Of a stretch of DNA of 64,000 bases, positions 46,719 through 55,290 are shown piece after piece; positions within the stretch are counted from its first letter, which is position 1, and each line of letters starts with the position of its first letter. A program made the position numbers and the translations under genes. Origin of the DNA: an uncultured Nitrososphaeraceae archaeon (GTDB lineage Archaea; Thermoproteota; Nitrososphaeria; Nitrososphaerales; Nitrososphaeraceae). A model generated the notes under the pieces. The model did no database searches, was not told where the DNA came from, and worked only from the letters and a program-made list of their open reading frames with translations. The stretch is taken from contig CAVXZB010000084.1 in NCBI GenBank assembly GCA_963765895.1, positions 480,001-544,000 of the forward strand. Direction: 5' to 3'.

Positions 46719-47849
46719 CTATGCTCCCATTTTCTTTTTACGAGTGAAGGTATTCACCTTAGCTCGTTTGTTCTTAGTCATGTGCGGCACTTTTAATTCT
46801 TCTGGGAAATGCAAACTGCGTATTCCCCTGTCTGCCGGTTGACCATAGAGATCTGGATAAATGTAGTAGCCTCGTTCATTATCAGGTTTATCCACTTCAA
46901 CTTCAATCCTGTGAGCATTTGCCCAAGGATCCTTACGAATACCTGTAACCTGCCAGGAAACTTTCATGCATGAAGTACCACCCGTAATCTTGAAACTACT
47001 GTGGCTGTTGGTATTCTTGTTATTGTCAGCAGTATCAAAGTAGTCTGTATTAGATTCAGATATTTCCTTTGCAATGTAGAGATTTGGTCCAGGAGATCCT
47101 ATAGCAGTAACCTGATAGCAAAAATCCTTATTGAGTGCGCTGAACCAATCTGGAAGATCTATCTCTGCCTCACCCTTTTCATCTAATGCAACAACACCGT
47201 CATACACGTTTTTCTTATCTGGTGACTCTACAAAGGAGTGGTGAAGGTATTTGTTAGCTGGGTCAAGTGGATGATCTATCTTAAAGGAGCCTCCGGGTTT
47301 CTCGAGAGAACCGCCTATGTAGACTCTTCCGTTTAGATATGCAGCATGGCCATATCTGCTGTAGCCATGCAGGGCATGACCGCCGTAGCTCTCGCCATAA
47401 ACGCCATTCGCAATGCCGCTAATGCCATACACGCCATCACTGACCCTGCTGCTGCCATAAACGCCAATCCTGGAGTCGCTCTCTCCGTAAACGCCATTGC
47501 TGACCCTGCTGCTGTCATAAACGCCTTGGTCCTCGTAGCTGCTGCCAAACACGCCTTGGCCCCGCTGGCTGATGCCAAACACGCCAGCACCTATGCTACT
47601 CCTGCCCATCACGCCATCGCTTTGGAAACTCTCGCCATAAACGCCAACGCTGTTGATGCTCTTGCCATCCACGCCATCGCCGCTGTCGCTCGTACCATAC
47701 AAGCCATCACCGTGTTTGCTGCCGCCTTTCACGCCATAACCTACGCCATCGTCAACTCCGTCTATGTGTGGCATATCAGTAGTCCTCCTTCTTCCAACAA
47801 ACGGCATTTCATAAACGTGTGTATGACTGATGGAAAATATCTTTTGCAA
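46719..47849 (-). CDS. Fibre/beta-helix-like repeat protein with a conserved C-terminal FKIDHPLDP domain
   Basis: About 13 ten-residue GVYGxS repeats; GGSFKIDHPLDPANKYLHHSFVESPD..LPDWFSALN..VSWQVTGIRKDPWA. Confidence 0.8.
   Translation of the reverse strand: MQKIFSISHTHVYEMPFVGRRRTTDMPHIDGVDDGVGYGVKGGSKHGDGLYGTSDSGDGVDGKSINSVGVYGESFQSDGVMGRSSIGAGVFGISQRGQGVFGSSYEDQGVYDSSRVSNGVYGESDSRIGVYGSSRVSDGVYGISGIANGVYGESYGGHALHGYSRYGHAAYLNGRVYIGGSLEKPGGSFKIDHPLDPANKYLHHSFVESPDKKNVYDGVVALDEKGEAEIDLPDWFSALNKDFCYQVTAIGSPGPNLYIAKEISESNTDYFDTADNNKNTNSHSSFKITGGTSCMKVSWQVTGIRKDPWANAHRIEVEVDKPDNERGYYIYPDLYGQPADRGIRSLHFPEELKVPHMTKNKRAKVNTFTRKKKMGA
47341..47760. repeat. 30-bp degenerate tandem repeat (ACGCCA..CCATAA), coding
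   Basis: ACGCC recurs every 30 bp. Confidence 0.9.
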
Positions 47850-47979
47850 CTTTCATAAAGTAGAGATACCGGAATATATCATATAAGAGATACACATATT
47901 AGGCAGAATCGACCGCAAGATAACGGTTACGTATTAGCTCCTCAGAATATTGGATGTTAGATTCCAATTGTTCTCTAGA

Positions 47980-48440
47980 GGCTATATAGCTTAGATATAC
48001 TGTACATTAGTAAATTGTCAGCTATCGACTCATAGGAACGATATGTATATTGTCTTTTTGCAATGCCATGGCGACGCTCAAGCCAACCAAGACAGGTCGT
48101 ATAATGCTAAGATGCAATACGTGTAGCTCATCCTCCAGGTATGTCAACTCCATTTGTAACAGTTGGTCAGACGCTAAGAGGTGCTCTTGTATTCGCGAAT
48201 GGAATGTTATCACAGCAGAGAATTCAGAAATTGCGGGATTTCAGATTTACACCTGTACGTCAACCTAGTACGATGTAATCGCCGGCATTTGTGCATCTCA
48301 TTCATTTACAAAGGCTGCGATTACAGTTAATGGGACTATCTGAGCAGTATTTCGGGTTTATTCGCCGGCTTGGACAGTCTTGCTAGATTTCGATTTCGGT
48401 AAGTCGGTGGCTATTGCAAGACAAATCCTGGCAAAGATCT
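47980..48440 (+). repeat. Dispersed repeat family, copy R4 (promoter, Zn-ribbon pseudogene 48015-48278, segment B)
   Basis: Aligns with R1, R3 and R7; contains a 55-bp insertion. Confidence 0.9.
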
Positions 48441-48969
48441 GGAGAAGTAAATAAGGAGATCGGTTTCAGATCATTTTTATGTATATTAATGGGCTTATAC
48501 GGACGATCAGTTACCAGTCTTCGTATTGACTATCGTGCATATCTTAGTTTCAATATCATTTATAGTAGCAATGCAATCAGAGGAGAAGATGACATTGTAC
48601 TTATGCCCGGCATATGTCGTAATTGGTTTAGTTTCAGTAACTGCTTATGGACCCTGCAGCCAATTTGAACATCAACTCCTGATTCTGAGCCTGGAAAATC
48701 TGTTGGTGATGTATTGTTTCCGTTTACGTGCATAATAAAGTCGGATGCTTCAGAACTACTGCTCGGTATTTGTAATCTATTATTTGAATAATTAATGACT
48801 ATCAAGTGTGCAGTTCTGTGAGATGACCTAGATGCGGCTGCTCCTACAGGACCAACCAATTCATAAATAAAATGGCTTTTGTTCCTATTTCATCTGTATT
48901 AGAATCTTCTTATAGAAAAATATAGTCGAATATTCAATAATATGAGTTTATAATAGATACGGTCACAAG

Positions 48970-49272
48970 ATGAAAAATCTAATTGCGTTAACTATACTCA
49001 TAGTGATGGTAGCAGGTATAGCAACGGCAACGGTAGCGACAGAGACTGTCATGGCAAAGAAACACAAGCCGGGAACAAGTGCGGTAGAAAGAGGGGTTCA
49101 TGATGCACAAGACAGTTGTCAACATTCAGATGGGTGCCATTGGTACATACTAGGTAAACATAAGGGATTTGGTGACCATTCGTCAGAATTTAACAAGAAT
49201 TATTTGAAGGGATTCTGTGCGGCCGATGGTGGTGGCAGTGACGCAGACCAAGCAACGTTTAGCTGTCCATAA
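48970..49272 (+). CDS. Small exported Cys-containing protein
   Basis: Signal peptide; GVHDA..C..GCHWYI..KGFGDHSSEFNKNYLKGFC; T-rich tract after the stop. Confidence 0.8.
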   Translation: MKNLIALTILIVMVAGIATATVATETVMAKKHKPGTSAVERGVHDAQDSCQHSDGCHWYILGKHKGFGDHSSEFNKNYLKGFCAADGGGSDADQATFSCP

Positions 49273-49454
49273 TCTTTTTTTTATTTTATTTATTTAATCT
49301 AGGCTGATAAAGGTATCAGTTTTGGAGATAGTGTCGGGTTTAGTGTAGGACTACCGAAGAGATCATGGATTTTATCTCCTAGGTATAGTAGTCCCAGAAA
49401 TCCATAATCTTTTTCCGCCGGCTCACTCGCCTTAGGCGATTTGCCTTGCTTCAA

Positions 49455-49690
49455 GGATAGTATGTAGCCAAACTTTGATTAGCCACTCTTCATGCCTCTC
49501 AGTTGCTTGGTAGAAATCAAGGTGTTAACACACTCCACTTCACTTATCTGTTCCTTATTGTGACGTGGTTCAAAGGTACTTTAGGCATATTTCTTTCATA
49601 ATTACGTAAGATAATAGGCTGTATTTCGCCGGCTTCCTGACAATGTAGTGAAGAGCCTGCCTACAGTCAGAATACCGACATTTATTGAAG
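49455..49690 (+). repeat. Dispersed repeat family, copy R5 (end of segment C plus D)
   Basis: CAAGGTGTTAACACACTCCAC..TTTCGCCGGCTTCCTGACAATGTAGTGAAGA. Confidence 0.88.
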
Positions 49691-49744
49691 TCATAACTAA
49701 CAAGCGATAACAATAGAATTAGTGAACTTATAATGCAGTCAGGT

Positions 49745-49880
49745 TCCAGACAATTAGAATAACCGATGGTGCATGTACGGTATCACTTCCATCTTCAAGC
49801 GGTGATTACAAACAGGCAGCAGTTCAAATTATAGATGATATGGGAATCGAATCAAAAGCGAATTTGACGGTATTAGCATT
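49745..49880 (+). pseudogene. C-terminal remnant resembling a type III RM (Mod-like) DNA methyltransferase
   Basis: TVSLPSSSGDYKQAAVQIIDDMGIES compared with the remembered tail TVSLPFxxGxxKRIAVKIIDDRGIES. Confidence 0.55.
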
Positions 49881-49924
49881 CGGTATCGTGTATCCTGCTG
49901 CCTCCTCTGTTGGGCATCTTGATA

Positions 49925-50257
49925 CTACTTCTCAGGCTTTATGGCTTCAATCATAGCATCAATCTTTTTATCCAAACTAAGTATCTCATTAAGTATTCTT
50001 TCGTGATGATTTTGAAATATCTCTATGGATTTCAAAACTTTATCGTGACTTTCTTCGATAGCGTTTATGCGGCTGAGAGTTTCTTCCTGGTTCATAGTAG
50101 TATTCTTCTGTATTTTATAGACCCACCAAGTTATGAGAGCACCTACAACTGCTCCTATTACAATACTAAGATATGTGCTTGATGCATTTGTCATATCTGC
50201 ACAACCCCGGGTTATCTCGGGCATACAGCCCCAAACGACAAGAACAGGTAATACCAT
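49925..50257 (-). CDS. Small membrane protein with coiled-coil tail
   Basis: TM segment YLSIVIGAVVGALITWWVY. Confidence 0.7.
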   Translation of the reverse strand: MVLPVLVVWGCMPEITRGCADMTNASSTYLSIVIGAVVGALITWWVYKIQKNTTMNQEETLSRINAIEESHDKVLKSIEIFQNHHERILNEILSLDKKIDAMIEAIKPEK

Positions 50258-50499
50258 TCTACTATAATGATTTTGACTTAGTGTTATATTTTGTGTATCC
50301 TAAGGGCATCTTGTCTTATCAATATATAATCAACAATTTTTAAGATTATGACATTTATACACTTTAGAATTCTTAATAGTCTCGGAACATTGCTTACATT
50401 TTATGGTCGCCAGTTCATGTTTTATCACAGATCTTGCCTGCTGGCCTTCAGTATGACTAAGAGTGTATCATCAACATCCTTTCCTGACAAGTGCAAATA

Positions 50500-50660
50500 T
50501 CGTCTAATCACAAAGAAGAAATACAAGAGTGCATACGAGCTAGGTAAGCAAGACGCAAATTGCGATACTAGCGCAGGCTGTCACCTCTACATAACAAAGC
50601 CAGGTAAAGGTTTCAAGGATCACTCGCCAGAGTTTAACCACAATTACATTAAGGGAGTAC
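50500..50660 (+). pseudogene. Degraded paralog of the 48970-49272 exported protein
   Basis: SAYELGKQDANCDTSAGCHLYITKPGKGFKDHSPEFNHNYIKG. Confidence 0.7.
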
Positions 50661-50708
50661 GCTTTTTTTCGAAGTCTTTACAACAATATTCTCTAGTCAT
50701 TATAGTCA

Positions 50709-50885
50709 TTACGAATTATCTATGATGTCTTTGCTGCCATTGCCATCGCTCTCGCTGTTATTGTCTTTCATTTTTTTAGTTTTGTTATGCGTATAGACAA
50801 TAGTCCAGATAGTTGCTACAAAATACGGCAACATTATCAGTATTGCTACTACAGGTATAACTTCAGTTGGAACGACTACGACCAT
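50709..50885 (-). CDS. 58-aa single-pass membrane protein
   Basis: MVVVVPTEVIPVVAILIMLPYFVATIWTIVYTHNKTKKMKD.. Confidence 0.55.
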   Translation of the reverse strand: MVVVVPTEVIPVVAILIMLPYFVATIWTIVYTHNKTKKMKDNNSESDGNGSKDIIDNS

Positions 50886-51540
50886 AATTTAATTATTAGT
50901 TAGTTTACTGGACTCCTATTGATAAAGATGTCATTTTTTCTCGTTTACCTCATATCACTAGTATAGCTGCGGTTTACCACGGCCTGCTTAGCCACAGAAT
51001 GTCTGACAACCTTTGTACAGATGGGTAAAAGTTCTGTACAAACGTAATCCTGATCTCTAGCGATATTACATGTTTAATAAGAAGTTTCTGAATGGAGTTC
51101 ACAGACAAGTGATGCAGGAAATCTCTCATAATGAATACAAATACAAGCTACATGTTGTAACTAGATTACTCATTAGTTACTAGCAACCGTAACGTACCGT
51201 ACCACTATATGTGATATGTTGTGTTCGCCGGCACTTAGCGGACCAACAGAATTCTATATCTTGATTTTGGTGTCGTTACAGGAGGATTAGTTTCTTCTAC
51301 CAGATATAGCAAACATCTGATTTCTAGTATATATGTCTCACTGATAACATGATAATATCATAGCTAAATACGTTAACAGTTTAATATTTCGGAACGTTTT
51401 TAGAAGTCCTAGCCTAATTACATAGTTCCTACTCGCCATTTAAATATTTGCCAATAATGTGGTATTATCTAAACCTTAGTCGGAGAATTCATACTCTTAT
51501 GTTTTGGAAAAAATAAGGAAGAAAGGGAATTACAGTTAAA

Positions 51541-51641
51541 TCAATTCGAACTAAGCGCTCCATGTGCTGCATTAGGCAAGAGACTTATTCCTAAGCCGCA
51601 GCAATGAGAGCTCCGATGATAGCTACTAACTTCTTTACCAC
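51541..51641 (-). pseudogene. Tiny exported-peptide precursor (33 aa after restoring one base)
   Basis: GTG start; MVKKLVAIIGALIAA[G]LGISLLPNAAHGALSSN*; TATA-like TTTATAGA upstream and T-rich tract downstream. Confidence 0.6.
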
Positions 51642-51734
51642 TACATGGCTGTAGATTAGATATCATATAATATTATGTGTCTATAAAGTTAGCTTATTTC
51701 CCCATTCCGGGAAATTGGCATGCGGGAATTGCCT

Positions 51735-52185
51735 AGAGCAATATTTTTTGATGTACTCGCCGGCTAAATTTCTGGATTTCGGTATATTGAGAGTCATAGA
51801 ATCAGAAATGTTAGTCTAAACCAGTGAGTTGAGCTGATTCCGCTAAATGACTATAACTCGAGTCTCGTCTTATCTGAATCACGCAGAAAAGATTGCCACC
51901 GGGGATCTACCAATACGACAAAGTCAGCACCTTCATATATCTCTGTTGGTAACGACTTCCCTCAATCTTGACTAGTCGTTCTACATCCTCCTCTTGGTTG
52001 TTAGGTAGAAAACAAGGTGTTAACACACTCCACTCCACCTATCTGAGTTCCTTCTTGTAGTATAGTTTGAAGATATATTTGGCATGCTTCTTTCAGAATC
52101 GCATTGGACTACCCAGCTCGCATTTCGCCGGCTTCTTGGCAATGTAGTGAAGAACCTGCCTGCGTCAGAATATCATATTTTATTG
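51735..52185 (+). repeat. Dispersed repeat family, copy R6 (B, partial C, D)
   Basis: TACTCGCCGGCT, GAAAAGATTGCCA, CAAGGTGTTAACACACTCCAC, TTTCGCCGGCTTC..CAATGTAGTGAAGA. Confidence 0.85.
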
Positions 52186-52382
52186 AGCTTATAGTGTGAT
52201 AGATCCAAGGATAGTTCAACATATCAAGAAGCGGGGAATGACTAATTCAAATATTGACGGTTACGCCGGCGAAAACAACTTCTAATCATTTCCTTTTTCT
52301 CTATTTTATCAGATTAGTTTTTTGGCACTCTGGCTGGTTTCGGATACATTCATTCTTCCTTTTTCTTTTCTTTTCTCTCTGA

Positions 52383-52780
52383 CCTATTTACAAGGGCTGC
52401 AATTAGAGTAAGTGGGCTGTTTGAGCAGTATTTCGTGGTTTACTCGCCGGCTTATGGTCTTGATCTAGATTCGATTTCAGCAAGTCGGCGCTGCCAGAAT
52501 CAGGAATCTTGGCCTAAAGCCGGCGAGCATCAAATACAACCTTCAAGTGACCTGCATTATCTTTATTATTAGTATTACTGCAAATTATATTGGAATTTTC
52601 TTTACCAGCGTTATGACTTAGGCCTAACCTTTCAGTTTGAATTACGAAGAAAAGATTGCCATCCATTGATATCTTCCAACAGGACAAATAGACTTCTTGC
52701 TTATATTGAATGATAGCATGTCGCCCGACCTTGATTAGCCGCCTTACTTTTGCCTCAGTTGTTAGGCAGAAATCAAGGTA
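52383..52780 (+). repeat. Dispersed repeat family, copy R7 (B and C)
   Basis: Aligns with 48300-48440 and with the reverse complement of 19830-20190. Confidence 0.88.
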
Positions 52781-52828
52781 GACATGGTTTTGTATTTGTC
52801 AACATCATTATTTTTGTTATATATAGTA

Positions 52829-53863
52829 CTATCCGTTTCTAAAATATGGAATAACGTATCTTGCGAATAAATTCAAGGATCTAATATCTGGAACATCTGC
52901 AAAGTGTATGGTAAAGTAGTTAACACCAAGTTTTACATATCTACTAATTTCTCTTATTATATTATTAGCTGTTCCAGCAATAACTAGGTCCGGCTTCTTT
53001 TTCCATACCTCACTGTCATCAATACTATGGTTATTATTACTAGTATTGTCATTGTATAACTTATTTTTTAACGATGCTATCTTGTTATCTGACTCAACAA
53101 AGAGTATGACCGTATGTAAAGCTTTGACTATATTTTCATAGTTTCTACCAGTTACACTACAGCAATTTCTAAGAATGGATAGCTTACTGAGATATTCCTC
53201 ATAAGTACAAAGCCCGTAATTCCAACCATCTGCATATTTAGCTGCCAACTGAAGGGTTTTCTTTCCTCCTCCACCTATCCACAAAGGTGGATGCGGATTT
53301 TGAATTGGTTTTGGATTGCATTCTGCTTCCTTTATAGTATAGTGTTTGCCATTAAATGATGAAGCTTGCTGTTCAGTTAACATTTTCTGAATTATGACAA
53401 GACTTTCTTCCAACATTTCAAGCCTCGTGGGGGCATCTGGAAAAAGAAGGCCATATGATTTAATTTCCCTTTCATACCAACCTGCACTTAATCCGAACTC
53501 CACTCTGCCATTGGTTATTACGTCGAGAGTGGAAACCATTTTAGCTGTAATAGATGGACTTCTATGAAGATTTACCAAAATGGCTCCTAATCTTATTTTC
53601 GTTGTTACTGAGGCTAGTGAGGAAAGTGTAGTCCAACATTCAAGTATAGAAGAATCAGTAGATTTTTTTAACACTTCTCTTTCCTCTTTATTTGAAAAAT
53701 AAGCATTGAGCCAAGAGGAGGTAAAATTGTCCTTAAGCCATATAGAATCAAATCCTAGTCTTTCACATTCGATGGCAATACGTTTTATGTCTTTGTAGTC
53801 AAGACATTGTTGGTAAATATAACATCCAAATCTTATTTTGTTGTCTTCTTTTTTATTTGTCAT
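52829..53863 (-). CDS. LLM class flavin/F420-dependent oxidoreductase
   Basis: GFDSIWLKD, LECWTTLSSLA, GRVEFGLSAGW, PPLWIGGGG, KYADGWN. Confidence 0.93.
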   Translation of the reverse strand: MTNKKEDNKIRFGCYIYQQCLDYKDIKRIAIECERLGFDSIWLKDNFTSSWLNAYFSNKEEREVLKKSTDSSILECWTTLSSLASVTTKIRLGAILVNLHRSPSITAKMVSTLDVITNGRVEFGLSAGWYEREIKSYGLLFPDAPTRLEMLEESLVIIQKMLTEQQASSFNGKHYTIKEAECNPKPIQNPHPPLWIGGGGKKTLQLAAKYADGWNYGLCTYEEYLSKLSILRNCCSVTGRNYENIVKALHTVILFVESDNKIASLKNKLYNDNTSNNNHSIDDSEVWKKKPDLVIAGTANNIIREISRYVKLGVNYFTIHFADVPDIRSLNLFARYVIPYFRNG

Positions 53864-55290
53864 GATATTGATTCTTAATGCCGCTACAATTCCCTTTCAG
53901 CATTTCATAAAATGAAATTTCAGAATATATACTGCAATTATTTCACTTCCCGCGTATTCGGACGATTTTATCTCTAACGATCTATTCTTGGGCTACTTGT
54001 ATTGCTTAATGACTGATTTTTCATAGTTCGCCATCCCATTATGATACTCGCTTAGTAATTGTTCTATTATATCGCCCAAAAGTGCGTATGCAGTAAAGCT
54101 TTCAGATAGTCCGCTTTCAAATAGATATTCAAATAATAAATTGAACCTATTGTGAAGGTCTATCGTTACTTTGGTAGAGAGTAATTTATTTTGCCGGCAA
54201 CTATGCGGTCATTATCATCCCAATACGAATCGTCGAGAGTAGCGACCATAGTAGGTCTACCAAGATCAAAGCTAAAAGTTTTTACGAAATTCTATTTGAT
54301 CCTCGTTTTACTGGTAAATCATGTAAGATACCTTCAGTAATATTGTTAAACAAAAGTGCTTCACTATCTCATCTGACACTGTTCACTATTGTTGCTACTC
54401 ATTAGCATTTCTCCATCGGCAGCATCCGGGCGAATTAATCGATAGTATATACTCACCTCTCTCCAACATTATGACGTCTAGGTAGACCCGTGCAATTAAT
54501 CTGGTTTATCAAAGATTAGAAGAGACTTAAGAGATTGTTATCAGCAACGCGATTCAGCACCTCACCTTATGTATTAACTATGGACGATATTGATAGGATA
54601 TTACTTTAGATATTGGTGAGACATAATTAATCGTCTATTGGTAGACCAATACATTGACATTCCTTTTTGTACATGCTATGATATTTTAGTTTCAGTACCT
54701 CAGCTATTATTGAAGCAACATTAAGGTAATAATACCTCCATACCCCTATCTGGCTAAAGAGAGATTACAAGAAGAATTCGGAAGTAATATCCTCGCCCCA
54801 CCCTCCATGGTAACCAATTAAGAAGGGCGATTAGAAGAATTGGCTAACAATCGGATTAGAAACACATGTAGATTTAGGCAAGAAACTATAGCAATTCTTA
54901 CTTAGTCTGACTGATAATGTTTTATTACGTCTACAGATTTTATGTATAATAATGCAAATCAGTTAGACTAAACACTATTGCAGTTGCTTCGTCATTATCT
55001 GTATCAACATACTTCTCTTCAATATGAAGAACCTACTAGACATTTCTTGGGGCCTAGTTCCTTGTAAAAGAAAAAACAATCTATGTTGCAATAGGCACTC
55101 CCCACGCTCCCCACGCTCATCTAGATCTTTCAAATACTGGTATATATCATTAGTAAATATTCAATTTATGTATTCTGTATTTGTAGTAACTTCAACAAAT
55201 TTTTTTCCTCCAAGACCAGATTACGAAAATGATCAAAAAATGGGCAAAAATGGCATTTTACTCCCCACGCTCTGCTTTTACTTCTTTAAT

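Noticed and set aside
47333-47858. Ala-rich 170-aa (+) and 85-aa (-) ORFs; possible CRISPR-like periodicity
   Set aside because: Shadow frames of the GVYGxS protein; the 30-bp period is coding and has no repeat-spacer structure
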